A stretch of 20,000 nucleotides of DNA from Sporopachydermia quercuum (Eukaryota): NCBI GenBank assembly GCA_001599295.1, contig BCGN01000007.1, forward strand, positions 889,288 to 909,287. Reading direction: 5' to 3'. Within the stretch, counting starts at the first letter, position 1. Each line of letters starts with the position of its first letter. Shown one piece after another: positions 10,640 to 20,000 of the stretch. The notes under the pieces were generated by a model that was not told the origin of the DNA, searched no databases, and saw only the letters and a list, made by a program, of their open reading frames with translations. Made by a program: the position numbers and the translations under genes.

Positions 10640-13600
10640 ATGCAACCATTCAACTTGAATATGAACCAAACGCTACCAGCCGGGAATTCCTGTCAAAACA
10701 CTAATGGAGCAAAACGTCAATATGAATTTTGGACATGAAGGCCATTGGCATAGTTACAATGCTGAGGCCCAGGCCCAGAAATACGCCATCGGAAGTCCCA
10801 GTCAAGTCTCAACCACAACTGAATCAAACTTTGTCGAAATCGCCGTCTACGTTCACGCTTCAGAAGACGTCTTTCAAACATGCCTCCGCTAATAAGTCAA
10901 CCAAAAGTTGTGATCCAAGACGGGGAAGTATTCTACAAAATACCTATTAGAAATGTACGTTCCATTGAAATCTTAGGGCCAAAACATTCACCAGGTTGAA
11001 TGTCCGTTTAGAGAAAGCTCACCGAGTTACCAGCAACCTCAGGAACCTCTGCGGAGGTTATTTTAGAACAATGGTCCACCATTGGGTCAACCGGAAGGAC
11101 TGCCGGACTTTTCCTGGAGGATATAGCAATGGCGCACGCTGAACCTCAGAAGCAGGCTCAAAAGCAAGCCCAGTGACAAGTCAGAAGGGCCCACATTCTG
11201 TCCCCGCCCTTAATAAACGTTCAGCAAAACGGTCATTCCCGACAAGTTGCTAGAAAGTATCGGAAATTATATGAATAGTATTGGAAATAATAATACCAAT
11301 TGCGGAAATAATAATGTTTATCTCGGAACAGATGATTTAGATTCTGGAAACTTCAGTGTTACTANTATCAATTATAATCAAATCTCGGAAACTCTCAGCT
11401 CAATTCGATACCCGTGGATCAAAATACAAATGCCAGCCAACAAAATAATCAAAAAAAACCAGTATTTTACCCCGCCAACGCATATGCAACCTTATAATTA
11501 TGATTCCAACCATCAATCTACTACTGGAAATTGGACTGAATACTCGTTTGGCCTAGAAAACCCCTCTAATGACCAACCGTGCTCCCAAATCCATCCGATA
11601 TTTTAGCCTATTGCATCCAAGAATAGACCAAATGTATCATCGGCAAGTTCCCTTCCGTCTATTCTGCCGCCTCCAGATATTCAGATTATATTTCAGAACT
11701 CCCCACATGCCTGAATGCCCCTCATGTCCGACAGAATTCACAGCCAACACCTTCCAATCACTGCTTTCAACCACTGAATGCCGAGAAAATAAGCATTCCG
11801 AAAGAGCCGGAACGGAATTCCTGAGTTTGCTTCCGGAAGCCATAATCGACTACTCTTCACGAATAGCATCTATTGGACTGTACCACATCGTCCCTTACGA
11901 CCTTGACGACCCTAGACCGTTTTTCATCTCCCAATACGGCAAAATTCCGACCTCAGCCACATATCTTAAACAGAACGAAACCAAATTGGAATTCCCCCGG
12001 CATTAAATCTACTTTGGCTCACAGTAAGCGGAACGACTGTTTACAATGCCCATTAGTGTCATATGAAAGATTAAAAGAGGATCAATTGCTGAGGATGGTT
12101 GAAGCGCTGAAAGTTCAGAGCCACCTGCTGTTTGTGAAGCTGTATGCCCTACAACAGCAGCCCATGGCGATATTACTAGTAGTGCGGCACAATAAAGCAG
12201 ACCGAAGTGGAGGGATAAGCAGAAGGGTAAACTGGGCGGCAAACGGAATTACAAAGAGCAGGACTCTAGGAACTCCAAATTCGGAATTTTCGTTATGGAG
12301 ACGGAGAACAGGAAACGGTCAAATTAGGAGACAGAAAAGACTGAGTCCGAAGTTACAAACTGGAATAATCTCAACTCAACTATAAGGAACAGCTCCAGTT
12401 CTTCTGTGCTACAGCCACATCAGCCACAATTACAATCTGCTAAAGAGAAAATTTCTGCCGAGACTACCGAAAACTCGAAGAACTCCGCACGGAAACGCAG
12501 CAGAAATTCTTATGGTTCCGAGGTACCTCGCAACCCCACAATTTCTACCTTCTATAATCGTTCACAAATTCACGGCTTTGATGAATTACTCCACCAGATC
12601 TCAATTAAGCTTTTCACTCTGTCCCCAAAAGAACCCCTAAGCTCTAATGCTAACCCCATATTCACGGCTTTTACCCCACATTTTCGGGCTTTCTTTGCCT
12701 TTTCCTCCACAATAAATATCAATAGGCCCTCATTCAACATCCCCCGCTTCGTGACAATCTCCACTAAAGGAGAATGATTTCGCCACTTATGAAGACAATA
12801 ACGTGGCCTATCCCGCATTTCACCACTTTTTCGACTCCCAAATTGCCCACAAAGTAGAAAGAAAGATCGGAATTGTTGTTGATGCACCAAGTTAGGGTTT
12901 CCCGGGATAAAACTAATATAGCTAAAGTGTACCGAGGTTTACTTTACATGTGTACTACACAGCAAGAGTTTGGCAAGGATAGTTTTGTGACTGCGGGTCT
13001 ATCAAAAGGTAAATGAAAGAAGCGGGGTTCCAGCCGAAATTAGAGAAATCAATAGTGATAAAGACTGGAATAATAGTGGAAGTTACAGCCGGTTCAACTT
13101 GCGGGATGACTTTTCCTCGGTTGATGTAGGGTTTTCTGATATTCCTCAAGGCGTACTTAGCGGGATAGTCGCCGAAAATCGAAGGGTTGCCGAAGGAAAT
13201 AGCGATATTGGAAATGAAGTTGGAATAGGAGACTCTACTGCAACATCCTGGAGCAGCTGAAATTGTATTCGACTGCTGGGCAGGTACAAAAGACCAAATA
13301 GTTAGTGGTATCAGCGGGATAACCGACATTGGGAGAGCCTCAGAAGGCAAAAAAGGTAATAGCTCATCTATGAATGAGCTTTTGGCTACATTACACATAA
13401 AAGGGGAGATTTTACTACTTGATTTGAACGAAACTCGGCGAAAGCTAAGCGGGAATACTAGCGAGGTAAATGGCGGCCAAATGAACCCTGCTATCGGTAC
13501 GTCTACACCTCATTCAAAAGCACTCTCATTTGCATTTGTTTTACCGAAAACGCTTGAAATGTTTAAACAGTCACCTGAAATGTCGGACCCCACCAACTTC

Positions 13601-15605
13601 ATGACACCACTTCAGAAACCTAAGAAGTACTGAATCCGAGTCCTCAACATTGGAAGACAGTACATTTCCCTCACAAACTCAGTCGGTCATATCGTAGCCA
13701 CAACTGCCGTCTACGAATTTGTTGCCTTATCCATCAGCATAAAATTACCCCTTTCGGATCGGCTATTCTCATAGCCTACATGTGTTCCGATATTACCGTT
13801 GATACTGATAGTATAATACTATTTTTCAACGCATTAAAGCAGCTCGGAGTTGCCCCGCAATTGGTTTTCTCGGAACGGAGTAAACTGCTGATCCGAGCGG
13901 TAGAGTCAGTATGGCGGAAGAAAGGCAACGCAAAAGCTTCTGTATTAGACTCGGGAATATACCAATTACCCCACAATGACGAAATTCGATTTCAGGAGAG
14001 GAATATAATGCGGATTCTCGGAGATATTAAAAACTATGTAGGGTCGTTTCGACCCATGATGTATAAGAAGGTGAATGGTAACGAGTTTGACATTGAGCCC
14101 TGTTTGGGACTGTAGAAGCGTTTCGACAAGCGAGGCATGCAGGGGAAGTAGTAAATTGGATGTATGCTGATATTTGATGCGGGGAAAATATCGGAGATGT
14201 TGGAAGCTGAACGAAAAAGGATTCCGAGAAATCAGCGAGCGGATATTCGAATTAACGATGGTTCATGCCACGGATCATTCATAATTTCCCGCTCCAGAAG
14301 GTCCCGTTGTATTGAAGGCCAAAACGTGGCAAGAAGGGCTAGTGCAACAGGGCTTATCATCGCGCAACTGACTACTGAAAGCCTAAACCACAACAATACT
14401 AATGATACAAATCTACCCCACAATAAAACCGGCAATAACTCCAACATCAACTTCAACCCCACATTACCCCAGGCAGTACCCAGCCTCCCGTCCGGTCCGG
14501 TCCGGTCCGATCCGCAGTTTTGAGGAAATCCGATACGCCACCATCAAAGACATGTACCTTCTACTTTGAGCGCACAACTTACATTCAACTTGGAACTTTC
14601 TGGGGTGCAACTTCTATGAGGAGTTCTGGTTCTTCCGATGGATGTGAGGTAAGCCTCGGAACGGTTTTCTTATTACTCTCGTGACGGTGTTAAGCAGCAT
14701 TTGAACTTCGTAGTTGGGCCGAGTCTATTCGGAAATATGCGGAAACAGAATTTGAGCGGGGCAGTTAAAGCCGTTGTATACGGAGCAACTGTGGAGATTG
14801 AACGTATATGCGGAAACAGGGATAGTGACAGAAATGGTGAGTTAGGCAAGTCCCACTCTAAGTCAAGCCCCCCTGCTCTCGCCCCCGCTTTGGAGCTATT
14901 GCACTCAATTAAACATAATATCGCTTAAATCCCTCTCAACTTTGCGGTACGAATTATTTAAAAATGGAAGCTATTACTCAATCTGTATAATCTGGCCAAA
15001 GAAAATGATACATGGAACACGGAATTCTCCATAGTAGCAACTGATATGCGGAACTGGATTTGTAGTTGTATATATCAACGTACAGATAAACATTTGCTAT
15101 TCCTACATTTAGTCGGGATCTTAGCACAATAGCAACCGTTGGTATTTGATTTAGGTTTGATTAAAAGTGCCGGTTCTTTGCCGAAGTCGAAACACGGACC
15201 AAAGTGTCATTCTATCGGAATCTCATCATAAGCCGAACTGCGGAGCTGGTAGAAGCGGAAAAGGTGCGGATGGAACGCAAGAAAGCGGAAAAGGAGATGG
15301 AGAAAGCTCGGAAAAAAGCGGAACAATGGGAAAAGCGGAAGCAGCGAAGGCTGCTTGAAGCACTAACCAGAGTAAAAGAGCAAGAACGTCGGCGGACTGA
15401 ATTGGATCGGCAAAACCGAGAAGCTGCAAGCTTGGCTTTTCTTGACCTTAATCAAGTAACAGAATTCGATAAATCGGAGACAATAGCGGAGACAATAATG
15501 TTTTTCTACTATCTCGTTAAGAATTCTGCATTCTGTTTCCGCTATCATTCCTTTATCTTTTTCACCATACATAAGAAAAGGGACAAGACATTTGTTGCTG
15601 CATAG
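10640..15605 (+). pseudogene. Decayed Mutator-like (MULE/SWIM) transposase-derived gene with multiple stops and frameshifts; 5' boundary tentative
   Basis: Collinear fragments in shifting + frames resemble fungal MULE transposases: ALSFAFVLPKTLE (~13520), YEFVAL..GSAILIAY..FFNALKQLGVAPQLVFSERSKLLIRAVESVW (~13710-13915; cf. xLxxLGxxPxFxxTDKDxxEIxAxxxVW), EEIRYATIKDMYLLL*AHNLHSTWNFLGCNFY..W..RW (14522-14641; cf. IRxxAVKEMYxFC..L...WAYLWxNWY...W..W), a degenerate SWIM finger TDMRNWICSC..LLFLHLV (15040-15114), then a K/E/R coiled-coil tail (15204-15605). Confidence 0.75.
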
Positions 15606-15810
15606 TTTATGCTGATGTCAGATTTGAATCACTGCTACGATTTAAATCTTTCGAATTACCACAGATGACATCCTATTTCCTATTTCATAGCATAAAAAGA
15701 AATCGGTGAACTGTATTATTCTGTACAATACATGTTTAGATGTTCTCAGCAAATTCTATGGGAATATCACGATGATGATGGAAAAAGAAGAATAATAACG
15801 CACACATAAT

Positions 15811-15820
15811 TATCACGTGA
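15811..15820. promoter_or_regulatory. Second TATCACGTGA E-box, downstream of the MULE relic
   Basis: 10-mer identical to 10372-10381. Confidence 0.35.
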
Positions 15821-15846
15821 GATATGTGCTTGTAATTAAAAGAAAG

Positions 15847-15869
15847 TAGCATACATTATATGTATGCTA
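15847..15869. repeat. Perfect 10-bp inverted repeat with 3-nt spacer
   Basis: TAGCATACAT-TAT-ATGTATGCTA, lying between two convergent 3' ends. Confidence 0.8.
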
Positions 15870-16045
15870 GAGGAGTTAGTAGTGTGTTGTCACAAGTGGT
15901 TAGTATAATAGTAGGTAAAATAATCAAAACATTCAATTCATTTCTCTGATCACTGTTTCATTTTCTTTCTTGATTCTATTTCTGCTTGTGCGTCATTTAC
16001 CACTTGATCCTCTGTCCTTTTATTGCCTGACCTCTTCCATGCGCA

Positions 16046-18825
16046 TTACGCATACCTCGAAACCATCGCCGTATAGCATGACTCGAGTTCAGTCTCAGAT
16101 CCAACGAACTTTTTGTTTTCACAGGCGTCACTATATGCGACCCGTATATTATCAGGCAAACCAGGCAAATCTTTTTTATTTCCATAATGCAGCTTAACTG
16201 ATGCATGCAATTTTGCGGAGGGTGGTAGTTCTCTTTTCGTTCCTAAAGAAAGGTCAAGCTTCTCGTTCAACTTAACGGCATAATTTTTTCTAACTCTGTT
16301 AGCAGAAAGATGGCAGTAGGAACGCTATTAATCGGTTTGATTACCATTATCATTATTATTGTCATTTTCACTTACTTTCCATCTGCTTTAATTCTTGATT
16401 GAACAGAAAATTCGTTCGTATATTGAGTTTCAAATGCTGACTCTTTTCTTCCCTGTCCTGAACGACGACCACTCCTCGTTTTCATTTTATTGTCCTTATT
16501 AATTTCACTAGATCTGAATAGCTGTTAGTAGGAATATCACAATGGGAATACCATTAATCAGTTTGATTACCATTATTATTACCATTATTATTACCATTAT
16601 TATTACCATTATTATTACCATTATTATTACCATTATTATTACCATTATTATTACCATTATTATTACCATTATTGTTGTCACATTTTCACTTACTTTCCAT
16701 TTACTTTAATTGTTGTTGGAACAGAACCTTCATTTCCATATTGAATCTCAAGTGATGGTAGTTCTATTTCCCTTCCTGAATGAGAACGAAGTTTCCTTTC
16801 CGACCCATTGTCATAAGTTTCACTGAACAACTGTTAGTAGGAATATAGCAGTAGGAATACTCAAAATCATCCTTATTATTATCATTATTATTATCATTAT
16901 TATTGTCATTGTTATTACTTACATTCCATTTACTGTAATTGTTGATGGAACAGAACCTTCATTTGTATATTGGATTTCAACTGATATATGCCATTTCGCA
17001 GATGCTGCTTTTGCAGATGCTACTTTTGCAGATGCTACTTTTGCAGATGCTACTTTTTCAGATGCTACTTTTGCAGATGCTACTTCTCTTCTTTCTTCTA
17101 AATGACGATCAAGCTTTGCTTTCAACTCATCATCATCAATTTCCCTAGATTTGAATAACTCTGTTAGTGGAAATATAGTAGTAGAAACACTATTGTCATT
17201 GTTACTTACTCTCCATCTACTTTAATTGTTGTTGGAACAAAACCTTCATTTCCATATTGAATCTCAAGTGATGGTAGTTCTATTTCGCTTCCTGAACGAA
17301 GTTTCCTTTCCGACCCATTGTCATACGTTTCACTGAATAACTGTTAGTAGGAATATCACAATGGGAATACTATTAATCGGTTTGATTACCATTATCATTA
17401 TTATTGTCATTTTCACTTACTTTCCATCTGCTTTAATTCTTGATTGAACAGAAAATTCGTTCGTATATTGAGTTTCAAATGCTGACTCTTTTCTTCCCTG
17501 TCCTGAACGACGACCACTCCTCGTTTTCATTTTATTGTCCTTATTAATTTCACTAGATCTGAATAGCTGTTAGTAGGAATATCACAATGGGAATACCATT
17601 AATCAGTTTGATTACCATTATTATTACCGTTGCTATTATCACTATTGTTGTCATATTTTCACTTACTTTCCATCTATTTTAATTGTTGATGGAACAAAAC
17701 CTTTAAAAAAAAATAGATATCCCTCGATAATCCGCCAATAGAAAGAAACGTCCAGTTGGTTAAGAATATCAGCGTTGGTTGCTACATCTATTGTAGAAGT
17801 GTTTGGCCAATTTTCTATTGGATCCTTAAATAATAATCTTTTCGACGTTCTGGCATCTCCCTCAACCTGGCACAACTCATTAATTATCCAGCTCAATGGT
17901 ATATCTGATAACAGCAAATTTCGTTTACCATTTTTATAAACAGGAAATGAGCTACCACCAATATCAGCATGACATCCGACAAACCAAGCTTCAACGAGAT
18001 CCGACTTCTGTGTTGTAGAACCTTCCTTTTTTGGAGTAAAAGGGGTTAAGCTGAAGCAAGTTCTTTGCTCGTGTATACTAATAGCATGTCTTATATATTC
18101 AACGTTGTCACCATTAGTGTAAGGAAAAGCTTTATCTAGAAGCACCCCTACTGAACCAACAGTATCAAATAGACCCATGAAGAATATCTTTGTACAAGGA
18201 TACGAAAACATCTCTTGGAACTAGAAAGGGGGACGTGTTAATAATATGCTATAAAACAGTGTAATAATTATCCCTATCAAAAACATACAGCTTCCTGTTT
18301 GGTACTTACTCCATTGATAGTGTCTTTATCTCCTTGTTGGTGTTTCGATGATGCATACAAATTCCATGCCGTAGCAATCAATTCAGTTAATCCATTACGT
18401 AGAATCCCACACGCTTCAATAAGACCAGCTAGCACTCTAGCTGTATATGATCCTCTACTAAATCCAAACATATATATTCTATCACCAGGGTTATANTTTG
18501 ATACCAAATAACTATAAGCTTTTAATACGTGAACCATTAAGGAAGTAGCAAATGCTTTATCTGTTAACGATTTCAACCAGCCCTTAGCATCTTCAAAATT
18601 CAAGGTATTGCCGATTCCTGGTTGGTAGTAGCAAATTTGTTGGTCAGCATTTTCTTTAAAAAGTTGTTCAAATATGATGAGAATATTTGTTGGTTGGATG
18701 GTATCAAAGTTGTTTGATGTACCATCCAGACAGAGAACAATTGATTTCCCAGGGTACCTGTCAGCAGTTGGTGTTCCAGAAGTAGGATCAGCAGAACCCT
18801 CTGGTTCAGTAGTTGCATTCCTCAT
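16046..18825 (-). CDS. DUF2235 / Tle1-like alpha/beta-hydrolase (YEL023C-like), 8 predicted exons: 18825-18289, 18220-17667, 17558-17421, 17332-17210, 17144-16923, 16822-16694, 16513-16376, 16289-16046 (694 aa with all exons, 444 aa without the five cassettes)
   Basis: Motifs IVLCLDGT, TNI, CYYQPGIG, IYMFGFSRGSYTARVLAG (nucleophile Ser), GLFDTVGSVG (Asp), RHAISIHEQR, EAWFVGCHADIGG (His), PLSWII, and the C-terminal LGTKRELP..AKLHASVK. Intron 1 (18288-18221, GTATGT..TATTAAC..TAG) joins the two large ORFs in phase 0. Six more GTAAGT..CTAAC..YAG introns, all phase 2, give a continuous 2085-nt frame. Confidence 0.88.
16566..16673. repeat. 12-bp minisatellite (ATTACCATTATT) x9 inside an intron
   Basis: Nine perfect copies read directly, inside intron 16693-16514. 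Confidence 0.95.
16994..17083 (-). repeat. 15-bp coding minisatellite, (VASAK) x6, in cassette exon C
   Basis: TTTTGCAGATGCTAC-like units x6 encoding VASAK VASEK VASAK VASAK VASAK AASAK. Confidence 0.93.
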
Positions 18826-19391
18826 TATGAAAGGAAGAGTTCAATGTTGAAAAGCTATATAAGAGTATCCCTAGGGTTTTTAAAACAATAGAGTAAATGG
18901 TAAGCTATATGATAGTCTTCCATAAAAGGAAGAGCTCACCTTATAATATATATACCTGTTGCTAGAGAGTATGAACAACAATTTAGGTTATTTACTAATT
19001 AGTTTGTTCATTCATTAGATTTCAAGNATATATTTAAGTTATACTTAATTTNAAGTTAAGATCTGCCAAGAGAAGATGAAAAACAGAAACATGGGTAGAA
19101 GTCTGGGGCTGCAGATTATCTGACAAGATCATCAACTTGCGTGAAGTTAATCATATTTAGGATCAGAATAGATGCTGGAAATACGAATAAATATACAGTG
19201 CCGGTGGTAATTAGAGAAAGGAAATTAAGTAGTATTAAGAATTAATTACCTGGTTAATGAGCTTTTTTTCAGCAGACGTTGAACAAGAAATGATTCTTGG
19301 ATGCAGAGAAGCAACAAAATAGATTAGAAGTATGAGCTAGTGGCTAGTGAGCGCTTAGTAAGAATTGCTGTTAGCTTGATCCTTGCTTGCA

Positions 19392-19400
19392 ATGAGTCAT
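19392..19400. promoter_or_regulatory. Perfect Gcn4/AP-1 consensus ATGAGTCAT upstream of the DUF2235 gene
   Basis: 9/9 match ~570 bp upstream of the ATG at 18825; a Yap-type TTACTAA is at 18992-18998. Confidence 0.4.
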
Positions 19401-19798
19401 TTGAGCTACTGAACTATTGAAAGAGTTGATTGATGGACAGTATACACTAAACTATTCCTGCTATTACAAAGTGAGAGAACAATCATAATCGTTATAATTA
19501 AAGTTGAACGTTAATACTTTTTTAAAAAGTCAATCGTGAAGTTTATTTATGGTACCTATAGAAAATAATTGAGAAGGACATAAAAACAAAGGTTTACATT
19601 TTAACTAAGTTTCATCGAAATACAAATTCTTCTTTCAGAGAAGAGCCACACTTGAATCTCTCTTGTGCACAGATTTTATATAAGGTTGATAGGATTTCAA
19701 ATCAAACTCTAAAAAGAGATACACGGATGGTTCAAATGAGCACCTCTTCAGGAATTGTGAATAGTTCTTTCTGATTGCTAGTTTGTGTCTTTCTCCTT

Positions 19799-20000
19799 TC
19801 AATTGCTTGATCCCTCCCATCTCTTATACCTCGAAACCATCACCTCATAGCATGACTCAATTTCTCTCTTAGATCCAATGAAATTTTCCTCTTTATAGGC
19901 ATTCGATATATTATCAGGAGCCAAATCTTTATTTGCATATCGCAGTTTCACTGATGTATGCAATTTTGCAAATGACGGAAGTTGTCTTTTCCTTCCTAAA
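19799..20000 (-). CDS. 3' end of a second, tandem DUF2235 paralog (continues beyond the window)
   Basis: Translates LGRKRQLPSFAKLHTSVKLRYANKDLAPDNISNAYKEENFIGSKREIESCYEVMVSRYKRWEGSSN*, clearly homologous to the last exon at 16046-16289 (LGTKRELPPSAKLHASVKLHYGNKK..PDNIRVAY..FVGSETELESCYTAMVSRY). Confidence 0.85.
   Translation of the reverse strand, partial: LGRKRQLPSFAKLHTSVKLRYANKDLAPDNISNAYKEENFIGSKREIESCYEVMVSRYKRWEGSSN

Larger units (their letters stand above)
16290..17703 (-). repeat. Tandem array of duplicated intron+exon modules within the DUF2235 gene
   Basis: Six related introns (donors at 17666, 17420, 17209, 16922, 16693, 16375; each with NRCTAACAG) and five related exons ending in E(I/T)QYxNExxVxxxIxxxG. 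16325-16583 is identical to 17370-17628, and 16694-16846 closely matches 17210-17356. Confidence 0.93.

Noticed and set aside
13013..13370. Stop-codon reassignment or RIP suggested by three in-frame TAGs
   Set aside because: An overlapping + frame is open over the same stretch, RAD16 and LTP1 terminate with TAG, and the region has frameshifts; ordinary pseudogene decay explains it.
15847..15860. 14-nt match to the loxP core (TAGCATACATTATA)
   Set aside because: The 13-bp ATAACTTCGTATA arms are absent; a chance match within a hairpin.
16300..17700. CRISPR-like or LTR-type repeat array
   Set aside because: Eukaryotic context; the repeated units are splice signals plus homologous in-frame exons, with no constant-repeat/unique-spacer structure and no TG..CA LTR ends.
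19635..19820. 61-aa minus-strand ORF as an independent gene
   Set aside because: It overlaps the paralog's stop in another frame and has no recognisable motif; most likely 3'UTR.

Overview
Fungal genomic DNA, most likely an intron-rich budding yeast using the standard code (CTG occupies conserved Leu positions). Left to right: a 5'-truncated RAD16 (+) convergent with an intact LYS2 (-), the same pair as S. cerevisiae YBR114W/YBR115C; an intact four-exon LTP1 low-molecular-weight phosphatase (-) missed by the ORF track, with its catalytic loop split across an intron and a 21-nt micro-exon; a ~5 kb decayed Mutator-like (MULE/SWIM) transposase-derived gene (+) bracketed by two TATCACGTGA boxes; a DUF2235 (Tle1-like alpha/beta-hydrolase) gene (-); and the 3' end of a tandem paralog at the right edge. 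The most striking feature is inside the DUF2235 gene: five tandemly duplicated exon+intron modules (order A-B-C-B'-A'). Each exon is a multiple of 3 nt, stop-free and flanked by phase-2 introns, so it could be included or skipped without shifting the frame. All gene models were derived by manual translation, and family assignments come from recalled motifs, not database searches.
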